Source: Psammoneis japonica
Taxonomy: Eukaryota
Direction of reading: 5' to 3'
DNA: 64,000 nucleotides
NCBI GenBank assembly: GCA_008632985.1
Contig: QPGO01000091.1
Location: 186,001 to 250,000, forward strand
Below the pieces are notes generated by a model that did no database searches, had not been told where the DNA came from, and saw nothing but the letters and a program-made list of their open reading frames with translations. This document shows, piece after piece, positions 10,760 through 22,055 of this stretch; the first letter of the stretch is position 1; every line of letters begins with the position of its first letter. The position numbers and the translations under genes were made by a program.

Positions 10760-11993
10760 TTAAAGAATATTGCAACACTGCGCCATGGCCGCGGCAACAG
10801 GATCTCCTTCTGCACCACCACTCGCCAAGAGCGCTTCCGCCAAACCCGCCAAAGCGGTAAAGTCAAAGTCGGCCGGCATCTCCATGTTTTCGTGCTCACC
10901 ATCGGCAATAAAGACATAGGGCAAGTCCAGTACCGTGCCCGAATGACAGCAATCCATGACTGCCGTGACTGTGACACCCTTCTTCATGGGACCCACGAGG
11001 GTGCTGAACAAGGCGTCATCACGAATTTGACCCGCCGAAGCGTAATCGACCGGTACCTGCAAAAGTAGTATGAAATAGCGTGCTTTTTGTGAGTTTTGAA
11101 TTTTACAACAACAAGTATAGAAAGAAGCAGGCTCAGCTAAAGTACCAAGGTTTCGTCGTATCCATCGGCCTCGTCACCTGCAAAAGTAGTAAGAAATAGC
11201 GTGCTTTTTGTGAGTTTGAATTTCAAAACAACAAGTATAGAAAGAAGCAGGCAGAGCTAAAGATTATCTTACCGTCGTCGTCACGAAGGCGTCCGCCGTG
11301 GCCTGAAACAGGAACAGAAAGGCAAGCAAGGCATAAGAAAAGCTAGTCACACATCATCAACTCGATCACACCAAAGCAACAAGAAGTATTCTAATACGCA
11401 CCCGAATAATGACAGTAGCAGCAGTCACCAGGCTGACTGGCCGCCACAAGGTCCTTGTAAGCCTGAAGAATGTTGTTCCTGGAGGGATTCGTGTGCTGTC
11501 CATCATCTAACAGGAGCGTGATGTTTTCCTCTTTGAAGCCGTGAACGTCCATAATATAGTCCTTCATGTTCATAACATCATTCTGACAGCCACTCAGCTC
11601 ACCCTGTTGTCCGACATAATTGATTCCAATCATGACGGCACGACGGGTTCCCGAAAAGCCGTCGGGAACGATACGAAAGGGTTCGTGAATGTCCAGAGGA
11701 CGAGACGATGTGAGCTGCGGAATTTGCGTGTACCGACCCGACGAGAGCAAGCCACGCATCTTGAGCAAGACGTCTTGAAAGCTCAAATCTTCGTCAGGAG
11801 CCTTGTGGTCGGCGTAGAGAATCTTGAGAAGCGCAGACGTGCAAGCACCTCCGGCTCGACCTGCTGGATCGGGGAGTTTGAAGGAGGCGACATTGGAAAC
11901 GTCGGCAGAGGTTTGTTCATCGCGACAACCCGAGATCATGTGGATCTCAGAGGGGATGAGCTTTTCGGCTTGGGCGAGGCCTGCGTCTGCCAT
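10760..11993 (-). CDS. Type III metacaspase, 4 exons (11993-11402, 11302-11273, 11177-11146, 11056-10760), C-terminal CCNIL
   Basis: p10 motif [11 protein letters not shown] precedes p20 motifs [30 protein letters not shown] and DCCHSG; three GT-AG introns restore the frame. Confidence 0.93.
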
Positions 11994-12440
11994 GGTGATA
12001 GATGTAGGAGTTGTTCTGTTGTGTGTTTGACAAGAGAGAGCAATGCGAAAATGACAGCGGTCGTCAAGTAGAGTGTAAAAAGATTGGGTTCTTTGTTCTC
12101 TCGATCCCGGATCTTCCCCGGATCTTTTTCAGTACTGAATTCTATGTGAATCCTACGGAGCGTTTAAGGTTCCATTCGTGACACCGCATCCAAGATAAGA
12201 CACGGGCTCGCTCGGAGCGAAGCGGCACACAAATTTGCTACTCTAGCTACTAGAGTCTCTACTGTAGCTTTCACTATCTAGCTTTTCAACTCAGTTCCAG
12301 TTATGCTAGTTACTGAAGGTGCTAGGTGCTTATGCTCTCTCTAGCTGGAGTAGAACTAGCCATTTAGATTGCGTTTCTGTACACTTTCCACTTGCCTACC
12401 GGTAGACTGTGTTGCGGAGTCGTCCTCTTGAACATCTCTA

Positions 12441-13745
12441 CTATTGCTCATTGTCAGCATCCATATCTCCAGAGTTGAGATTTTTGAAAAACATCTTCCA
12501 TTGCTTGTCTTTCAATACTTCATTCACATCAATAGAACAAAAACTACCCTTGGCCATGGCTTGTGCAAACTCTTCTCGGATCAGGGCCTCGCCTCTGGAG
12601 GCGTAGAACTCGGGGAGCAATTCGGATTCATGAGTAAGCGCTCGGTTCAACATGGCATCCAGTTGCTCTTGTGATAAACAAACTGTAGGGAAGTCCATGA
12701 CTCCCACTAGACCGAGTGACTTGGCGTGTCGCTCCACCGCGTCTCGTACGCCCTTTCTAGACAATTTCTTATTCACCCAGCCGCGATCATACGCTGCTGT
12801 GGCAAGCATGTCGAAATGCAATTTTTTGCTTGTCGACGGGTTTCTAGTGACACTCTCGTGTTTTTGTTTCAAATGTCGACACATGCTTGTCGCTTCGGGT
12901 ATCATTTCGCAAAAGAAATCCTGCAAAAAATCGTCCGTATGCATGTTGAAGACCCACACATTGTCGAAATGCTTTTGCCACTTGGCGCTAATGACGGGCG
13001 GTTGTCGCACATTATTTTCACCAAAGCCCTCAAAAAATTTCGGAAAAGGCGGAATCACCTTGCCTCCCTTGTCTTGCCAGGTTTGACGGTTTTGAATTTT
13101 GCGTTTTGAATTTCCGCTTCCGTCGGGATTGTAAAGTTGCACATACTGGCTTGGCACCCACTCGTAGTATTTGCGGTACGTAAAGACTATTCGTACTCGC
13201 CATTTGCTGAGCAACGGCACGAGTCTGTCCCACAAGTGTTCTTGCTCACACTCTGCATGTTGAAAGGCGGAAAACATTTCTTCAATGCCCAGTACAGATT
13301 GGTTCTGGGCGTAATGATAATTCACAATATCCTCGAATTCAGCCCATTTTTCGTCGCAGAGTTTCACACTTGGTCCACTGCATGAATAGCATTCGCTAAC
13401 CATGGCATGTAAATCCCATTCGGGGTGCTTTTTATTGTGACGAAAGTGGCCAACAAAGTACATATTGTCCTCCTCGAGCAATTCAGAATTTCCTCCTGCA
13501 AAATATTGCAAAGTGCTCGTGCCGGTCTTGGATGGTCCAACTTGCAACACAAAAAGAGGCGCTTTGCTATTTTCTGCTTTTCGAGAGTCTTTGAATTGTT
13601 GATCCTTTGAAGAGGGCTTGGTGGTTTTCTGGACAGGGGTGGCCTTTGCCATTTCTTTGGAGGACGACACTTCTTGTGCAGAGATCCACACGAAACACGC
13701 AATCAACGCGACTCCAGACACGAATACCCAGCGTGAATTCATCAT
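12441..13745 (-). CDS. Membrane-anchored or secreted P-loop/sulfotransferase-like protein
   Basis: 434-aa ORF; N-terminal hydrophobic segment; VLQVGPSKTGTSTLQ resembles the 5'-PSB/P-loop motif; IVFTYRKYYEW strand. Confidence 0.7.
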   Translation of the reverse strand: MMNSRWVFVSGVALIACFVWISAQEVSSSKEMAKATPVQKTTKPSSKDQQFKDSRKAENSKAPLFVLQVGPSKTGTSTLQYFAGGNSELLEEDNMYFVGHFRHNKKHPEWDLHAMVSECYSCSGPSVKLCDEKWAEFEDIVNYHYAQNQSVLGIEEMFSAFQHAECEQEHLWDRLVPLLSKWRVRIVFTYRKYYEWVPSQYVQLYNPDGSGNSKRKIQNRQTWQDKGGKVIPPFPKFFEGFGENNVRQPPVISAKWQKHFDNVWVFNMHTDDFLQDFFCEMIPEATSMCRHLKQKHESVTRNPSTSKKLHFDMLATAAYDRGWVNKKLSRKGVRDAVERHAKSLGLVGVMDFPTVCLSQEQLDAMLNRALTHESELLPEFYASRGEALIREEFAQAMAKGSFCSIDVNEVLKDKQWKMFFKNLNSGDMDADNEQ

Positions 13746-14085
13746 GGTTTAATCGATTCAACACTCGTCAGTCTGATGCAAGGTTGCTAGCTTCCCTTTA
13801 GTGCTCTTGATGGCTTTCCAGCTTACGACGAGTTGTAATACTACTTCTACTTAGGTAAGCTAGAGGCTTCATCTATGGCCGTGTTGGTGGAAGAATTTGT
13901 GATCACGATTTGCTTGTACTGCGAGTTTACGTAGAAGCTACGTACTTCACGAGAGTCATTATGACTGTGTCAAGTCACAATCCGCGACTAAAATGACCGG
14001 CATTGAAAAGGATAAATTTTATGTAGCACTGTATAAACTATATATTTTGCTCACAAAAACCCGCGACACGAGACAACGATCGAAT

Positions 14086-14357
14086 CTGCCGTTACCGATT
14101 GGGTCGCCATGGGATTCTGCCGTTACTGTCGGAATCGCTAGACTGTGGTACTGAATGTACGATGGCCATGTTTGAATGGACTGCCGTTGGCGTCGGAATC
14201 AGTACAGTGGCCGTACAAATCTACTACGGTAATGTTGTGAGCTGACACTCCAACCGCCATTCAGTTGAGGCTGCCGTTGGCGTCGGAATCAGTAAAGTGG
14301 CCGTACAAATCTACGGCGATGTCGTGAGCTTACACTCCAACCGCCATTTTGGTGAGG
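14086..14357. repeat. Upstream repeat array: two ~90-bp near-identical units plus two degenerate units, each starting CTGCCGTT
   Basis: ctgccgttggcgtcggaatcagta...ctccaaccgccatt at 14181 and 14271; ctgccgtta at about 14086 and 14117. Confidence 0.9.
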
Positions 14358-14434
14358 CGAACCTGAGTTCTCACAAAAAACACTTCAGTCATTTGTGCAA
14401 GTGAATCGCCCCGTGTTTTGCTCTTATCACGAAC

Positions 14435-15287
14435 ATGTTTGTCAAGACTTTTCTTGTTGTCCTCTGCGTCCTGGGTACGACCATGACGAGTTGCAACGCC
14501 TCCCCCAGCGTCGGTAAGTACAGAGCATCATGTATCCAAGCGTATCGGATCACCTTCAAAGCAGACGAGCCAATCTTCTTTTTCTTTTGAACCGTTTTCT
14601 CACGAACTCGTTGGCGCTCGCGTTCTCTATGCAGCTTCCTCTCGCCAGCTCCATGGCAGACGCTGGAGAAAGAAGCGCGGCAGCTCTAGCAGCTCCGCTA
14701 GTAGCTCCCGCAGCAGCTCCGGTAGCAGCTCCCGCAGCAGCTCTGGTAGTAGCTCCGGCAGCAGCTCCCGCAGCAGCTCCCGCAGCGGCTCCGGTAGCTC
14801 CGGTAGCTCGGGTAGCTCCGACAACTGCGTCACGCCGTCGCATGGCCGTTCCAACGTCAAGGAACTCTACTTTGACATTCGTCTTGATGACGGCGAGAAC
14901 AAGACGATTCTCGAGGATGGTCCTCTTCGTTTCTTCATGACCTGCAGCGACAGCAGCGCGAGCCTCAAGATCACTTTGGGATGGCCTGAAGACCTGCTTG
15001 TGTTTGGCGACCTTGGCGGAGACAAGAGCCTCGACGATCCTCCTCTTCAGAACCAGATCCTCCAGGCTGGTGTTCCGTTTGAGAAGGACATGTGGACGTG
15101 TTGCGAGGGCCAGGACCTTAACGACGGTGCGATTTGGTTGTCGACTGGCCACTACGTTGGGTTGTATGGTGATGCAACGGTTGGTGTTCATAAGAATAAC
15201 ACGGACGTAATCGGTGTTGGTGGCGAAACCTACGATTGTATCGTCTCTGGTCTTATCAACTATGCATTTCCGACGGCATCGCATTAA
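14435..15287 (+). CDS. Secreted Ser/Gly/Arg-rich, silaffin-like protein, 2 exons (14435-14513, 14635-15287)
   Basis: Signal peptide MFVKTFLVVLCVLGTTMTSCNA; gtaagt...gcag intron keeps the frame; then RQL, RRWRKKR, (SSS[RG])n and a globular C-terminal part in frame with ORF 14937-15287. Confidence 0.85.
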
Positions 15288-15698
15288 GAACTCGGCCAGA
15301 GTGCCTTCGAAGACTCTCGTAGCTTCATTTCTAGTATTCTTTGAGTAAATTAGGACAACTTTACCTAACTGTATTCATTCATTTGTCGATGTGAAAATAA
15401 ATCGATCGATCCTCTTTTAGACTGCTATGCATAGACCTCTTTCTTATTGAGGGTCGCATTCTCTACTAGAGAGCCAAACTTTGCTACTCTATGATGTAGA
15501 GTTAGGGTAGCAATGCGCAACTCGTCCCGCCTTGATTTGCGAGCATCGTTCTGCATGCCGCCGCCCGCCACGCGGTGGCGCGATCACGTCAGCAAGGCGT
15601 CGCGTCGGAGGGAGTTTTTGAGTTTCGATTTCGCAGCGCTATTTCCCTCAATATCGCTTCACTGTGCCTGGGATAACCATAGTCCGGCAGTCAAAAAG

Positions 15699-16770
15699 AT
15701 GTTAAGGTCAGCGTTGGCAGGGTTTGTACTCTGGGAAGCCATCGTGCTTGGGGTAGCGTTTGATATGCCTTCGTTGCCCAATATCTTCAACACGGGCTCT
15801 CAGAAAAGAGTGGGGGTTGCTTCGTCACTTGTCGACAAGGTAAGTGGCTTTCGAAACCTCATTCCTTCGTCTATGCACCGCACCTTGCTCACTACACTGT
15901 GTCGCTCGTTAGACCAAGGCAAATTTGTTGGATGCCGTGTCGAATACTAACAATGGGAAAACAGCTGATATTGCGACGCAAAAACGTGTGCTTGAGTTGG
16001 TCCGCGAACTAGAACAGAAGGCGCCACCTAGCCCAGAACTGTTGTCAGACCCGCAAGAGGCCATGGCGTTGGATGGAACGTGGTACTTGCAATATACTTC
16101 GCCCAGTGATGTTGGAGACCAAGATCAATTTCCGGTAAGCAAGAAACGTGGACAGAATGGAAAAATCTCGTGGATCGGAACGACTTTGCATGCTCAATCT
16201 CGTGGGTCTCTTCCTCCATTGCAATTAATATTTTTTGTATTCTCAGGATGCGTGGAAACCAAACTTTGCCTCCGAAGGGAAATCGAATATCGAGACTAGA
16301 CAGTACCAGGCCAAGGGATCCGTGTCGGCTGCGGGTATTAGTGTTGACACTTCAAATCGCGTCACAACACAGAATTTCGACATTGCCAATAGCCGCGTAG
16401 AAAACCTTGTCGACCTTGATTTTGGACGTGTTCGTGTGGCGGGGCCCTTTCGACAATCACCAAATGTACCTAATCGTGCCATTGTAGGCTTTGAAGACTT
16501 GACGATAACAATTGGAGGAGTGGGCTTGAATCTGGGCTTTGTCTTTTCTATTATCGCTTTGTTGCGTCAGAGCAAGGACAATGGTTGGTTGGAAACTACT
16601 TATTTGGATCAAGACATACGCATTGGTCGTGGAAACAAGGGCACAATGTAAGAGAGGACGACGAGCCATCCTTGTTACTGTGTATGATAGATTTTGCACT
16701 CAATTTTTCTTGTTTTCTTCTCCGTATTAGGTTTGTCTTAACCCGAGATCCAGATGCAGTAACACCGTAG
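15699..16770 (+). CDS. PAP/fibrillin-family plastid lipid-associated protein, 4 exons
   Basis: Signal peptide ending GVA-F (ASAFAP-like); LDGTWYLQYTS and WLETTYLDQDIRIGRGNKG motifs; GT-AG introns near 15840, 16135 and 16648. Confidence 0.9.
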
Positions 16771-16793
16771 GAATGCTACCATTACATAGAAAT

Positions 16794-19684
16794 CTAAAAG
16801 TTTTTAGCCTTTATTGCGTTACGACTCCATTCTGGGGGCAAGGTAGTTTTGTGCACAACACTTGATCCAACTATTGAAACATACACGTCGTTGGGTACCA
16901 TGCTGTTAAGACTTCGAAGCAAGGCATCGTCAACATATCCGTCCTCGCAGCACTTCGAGAAAAGATCTTGAAACGCACGGTGACGCTCCGCTTCCTCCTC
17001 TATGACTGGTGGGACCATTAAGTTGTCCACTGCATGTAGCATGTTCTTGTAAGTCACATCGTCCAAATTCTTTTGAAAAAAACTTGCTCTCATAGCTTGG
17101 AACGCAACGATGGCCTGCTCAAGCGCCTCCTTTACCACCTCATCGCTTCCTGTTGTACGAGAGCATGCCTGTATAAATGTATTTTTGGACACGCGTGTAG
17201 AAGGCACCTCGAGTTCCTTCATCTGTTCCATCAAGTCGAGAGCGACTTGAACTTTGTTTGTGGGTTCATCGCTCTTGGCTAGTGCAGTCAGGAGAGAACA
17301 GTAGACAGTAGTGGTTGGACGGCAATTGCGATGTCCAGCCCTATACCGTTTCAGCAGCTGGTCCATGATTGTTGCAGCACGGCTATACGCATCTGGTGCA
17401 TTGCACCGAGCCCAAGCATCGATGCAGGTAGCATAGCTGATCATGGATGGCTTCACCACGAACCCATTCTTCGACTCACCAGCTTCTGCTTGAGTATTTT
17501 CCATCCATGACAAAAGCTGTTCGGCCTTCTCGGCATTCCCCTGCTTGGAGTAAATGTTTAAGAGCGAGTTGAAACATATTTCGTTTGGTATAACATCTGA
17601 ATCCCCCTGTTTCCACAAGTCAAGCATTCTCTGCATAACAGCTTCTCCTCTCGCAGATACACTTTTAATCGTCGCGCCATCAATCGTGTGCTCTGTGTCT
17701 TTTGTACTTTTTGAAAGTGCATCTAATACACAGGCATAAGCAATCGAATCAGGCTTTATCCTTTCACGACCATCAATCTTGCAGGTTTGTTCCATTTGAA
17801 TTAACAATGCTTCCACCTTGTCTTCAAAGCCGGGTCCACCATCCTTGATGAAAGCTCTCATGAGGCACGTGTAAGTGACGTTGTCGGGTAGCATATTATC
17901 ATTCTTGTGTTCTCTGCCTAATCGCTCCATTCGTAAGAATAATTCATGCACGCTCTTTACTGCTCCCGTTTCACCACTTTTTATGTTTGCATCCATCACT
18001 GCAACGTGATACAAACAAAGAGCCCCCGAATCAGAAAACTAAAAACAGATGAAGGAACAACGACGATAATATTTTTCTAACTCACCTAGATTGTATGCGA
18101 ACGTATTCATCTCGCGAGCGGATTCTTCAGATGACAGAAACATATCTTCTAATCTATGCAATATCTCACGAGCTTTTCGTGCTCCTTGAGGTGTCTTTCG
18201 CTTAGCCCACGCATCAATCACTGTCACAAAGCACTGAAGAAATAACATTTCAGCGCAAGCCGCGCATCTTGTAAGCCGTGATGAACAACAAATCCAACCA
18301 GATCACAAATAAAGTTTCTTACCCTGATGTTTGGTCTGCACTTTTCATTTCCGCCTTGATACAGTCGCTGCATTTGATGCAAGAGCTCTTCGACCTTTTG
18401 AGGATTGCCTTTTTTCGCCCATGCGTTCATGAGCGGAACAAAATGCCTCACCTCCGGCTGCAAGCAAGCTGGTTTGCCTTGCGCTTCGTAGTAATCCAGA
18501 AATTGTTCTAGAGTCTCTTGCGCTTTGTGAATCTTGTATGCATAAAGTTTGATGAGGGAGCCGAATTGCATGCTTGTGGGCAGTGGATTATTCTTGGGAT
18601 CCTGCTTGTACCGTTTCATGCAGTTTTGAAGTAGAGAATGCACTTGTTGAGGTGCATCAGGGTGATTGGATCGCAGCCATGCCTTGGTGGCAATCGAATA
18701 CGTGTACTGGTCCGGGGCGGTAGGCATTCGGTGAAACAACTCCATGGCCTTCATGGCATTGCCCTGATTGGACCATGCATCCATTACTGAATTCCATGAA
18801 CGTGTACTCATCTGTTGCACCAACGGGTTGTTTTCCTGTTGCAATGCGCGCTCGAGGAGTGCTGATGCTCGTTCAGGCGCATCACGATGGTAGCTCTTGG
18901 ACCAAGCATCTAAAACGCCTCCATATGTCGAATCAAGTGGTTGATATTGTATGTTGCCAGTCTCATTGTATATGCCTTCCAGCCTTTCCAGGATGACCTG
19001 TGCTTTCTCGGCAGGATCTCCTTTTGATCCTTTCCAGCGGTTGTAATATTCATAGCTTGCGAGTTTAGAATAGGCATGAATGACCAGAGTTACAAATCCT
19101 GCTTCTGTGGAAGTTACAGGAATCTTTGTGAGAGGTTCATCTCCTCGTTTTTCAGAAGGGGCCATGTCCAACAAGATGTTTGCCATTTCATCCAACATCG
19201 GAACAATTCGAGCCAATTGATCGCCAGGCACACTGTGTATAACGTGGCTCCAGTCCATTATGTGCTGCAGGATACCAGAGTTCAAGCGATCTGAGCTGAT
19301 TTTTCCTTGCTTGATATCCTTCAGAAATTGATCCGATTTTTGTTCCAACACCTTGGCTTCCTGCCGCGCTTCTGCTTCCCTTTCCCGATCTTTCGCAGAC
19401 AAGAATTTCTCTCTTTCGTGATAGAAAGTCGTGCCAGATACTCTAGAAGCAAAGGACCGTTGTATGGGACTATGGATGATTTGCGTTTTACTTCTTTTGA
19501 CTAAAAGCAGTGTGTGTGAGCAACTAGGAGGCGTAGATAGTAAGGCTGTAGATTGTTGGCGACGAAAGCAAGTTTCAATAAAAAATCTTGATCGATACCA
19601 ATTTTTCATGACTGTGTGAGGGGGGTGGGCAGTCCGATATCGCAACAGAGATGATGCAGTCGACATGATAAACAGCATTTTCAA
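16794..19684 (-). CDS. Pentatricopeptide-repeat (PPR) protein, multi-exon, probably organelle-targeted
   Basis: Repeated PPR motifs (TYGGVLDAWSK, SWNSVMDAWS, PDSIAYACVLDALSK, PNEICFNSLLNIYSK) across three ORF blocks separated by introns. Confidence 0.92.
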
Positions 19685-20108
19685 TTTGGCAAAACTACAG
19701 TATTATCATCGTCGATTTTCCATTGCCCGCTGATCGCCGATTGCGGTGCGTGATCGGCGGCTTCGATGCGACTGACAGACTGTGAGACGCACCGGTTCAT
19801 TCAATCATCTCAGATCGGTTACCACGATGGCATTCAGTCACAGACAAGATTACATTTTCAAAAATTTGAAAATACGTAGAACCTGCGACAGTTGTATGTA
19901 CTAAGCAAAAAAACGGTACTTTTCGCACATACAACGGTCGTTTTTTTTTTTTAACCTGCGATGTCAGGTTCGTCAACAACAACAAAGAGGAGTCCACAAA
20001 CATTGGGCCTTCGGTAAAGATTTGCATCACCCAAACGCCACCGTTCTGAGTCTTTGCAGGTTGACTTTCAAGGTTACCGATCTACAGTTTGTCTTGAATT
20101 GCAACATA

Positions 20109-21271
20109 ATGCGCATTGATCGTGTTGTCACAAACGCTGATGTTCGCATCATATCAGGATGCCGGGATGAACGAGAATCGGCTGACGCCTCGGTTGTATC
20201 CTCCTTTGGATTGCCGGACTCAGAAGGGCGTGCAAGTGGGGCATACACATCAACGCTCCTTCATATCCTCTATGCCAATCACGAAAGAACGAACGATGAC
20301 TTGACCTTTGCGCAAGTGCTGAGCCGAATGAGTCGCAACTGCTTTGAAAGAAAGGGTTTCTTCCATTTGCCGCAGCTGAGTTGTTCAAAGAATCTTGACA
20401 TGAATACTCGATTTAACATCGTACCGGAGAGTCATGGTCAAGGAGCAAGACGCGCTGTGCTAATTGGGATCAACTACGTGGGGCACGAAACGGGGGAGTT
20501 GAGGTGCTGTCATTATGATGTACTTCGCGTCAAGGAATATATTATGGATGTTCATGGATTCAAAGAAGAAAACATTACGCTCCTGTTAGATGATGGAGTA
20601 CACCATGAACCTTCGCTCCAAAACATTCTTAGTGCTTACTATAATGTCGCAAGAGCGAGCGAAGCTGGAGACAGCATCTTCTGTCACTACTCTGGTGAGT
20701 TTCTCAAATGCTAATATTGCTTTCTGCTGATAACTACCACTGTTCTTATCCATTTTACTGTTCACACACAGGTCATGGTGGTTCTTATGATGAAACGCTG
20801 ATCCCCCTCGATTACGAAAGATCAGGGCTGATTCTCGACGATGACATCTACGAATCGCTCATTTCTCCGCTCAAGAAGGACGTCACCCTTACGGGCTTTT
20901 TTGACTGCTGCCATTCTCGCACAGTTTTGGATCTACCTTTCAAGTTCGTGGCCGACGGCATTTCTACGCAAATGAGATATGAACAAGGAGCTGACCTGGG
21001 AAAGAAACTCATCAATCTTAACGTATCTGATGGACAAGCCTGCATTAGGAAGTTTCTGGACTTTCTATTCTTACAAGTCGCCCTCACTGTACGTCATCTA
21101 CGAGCAGGGATCCGCAATTCATGTGAGCTACTTATAAACTACCGGAAAGAAGTCGTGGATAGCTTTCTGTATGGGTACTTGCTACTGTCGACCTGGAGAT
21201 TATTGGTGGCTGTTATCTTGTTTGTTTACGACGAGGAGGCGCGAAAGATTCTAATCAAAAAGTACAACTGA
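20109..21271 (+). CDS. Divergent type III metacaspase with hydrophobic C-terminal tail, 2 exons (intron 20695-20771)
   Basis: SGCRDERESAD, RRAVLIGINY, HYSG|HGG and DCCHS motifs; same first-intron position as the 10760-11993 paralogue. Confidence 0.88.
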
Positions 21272-22055
21272 GTTGGGGTGAGTCATGAACCATTTTTGAT
21301 GTGGGTGTGGCTTAAGGAATGCGATGCACGAGGAGACGAAAAAAGAAAAAGCATGTAATTGATTTTATCGCACTAACTTAATGTACATCAAGGAATCTAC
21401 GTATGAGTCGGCAGCAGGAGCCAGAGATCAAGATAAAAAATTTATGTTGCATGTTGTTTCGACCTACTCTATAATGAATGTTGTAGCGTCTCAGACGGAT
21501 CCTATCTAGTAGAGAGGAGTCTAATGCTACACCGGTACAGAGAGCAGTCTCCAGTTAGTTCTGACACCAGCAGTCGAGACCGGTTTTTACTTTGTGAGGG
21601 GCGGGCAGGGTTTCAAATGTTTGTCTTAATAAACATATACGTTAATATACTTAACAACGGAAAAAGCCTCAAGTAATATTTAATTTTATTTCTCATATCT
21701 GGCTGTGCATAATCCATATGTTATACCTGTACATAATATCGTAGTGCGCTATTGATTATCGTTCGAACGAATGCTGTGTTTCAAAATGTCCATATTGCGC
21801 AAGTTCTACGTGCAATTAATACCGAAGTTACGGTCATCAGCTGGCATGGGTCATCGACGTTACTTCGATTTCGAAATTTTGGCGCCTGATCAAAGCACAG
21901 AGCAATCCGTTTCGTTGTTGGCTCTCTCGCCTCATCAAAGATCAGCATGATGGTTCAATGTTCACTGTGTCCCGGCAAACATCGGGTACAGTAGTCAGAA
22001 ACAGACTTCCTGAAGTAAGAAGACAGCCCAAAGCAAATCACTCATTCGTCGTTTC

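Noticed and set aside
14086..14357. CRISPR-like array
   Set aside because: Whole units are duplicated with no unique spacers; eukaryotic context and no cas genes.
14530..15284. Ala/Pro-rich (+) and Ala/Gly-rich (-) ORFs
   Set aside because: Off-frame shadows of the Ser-rich repeat in the spliced secreted protein.
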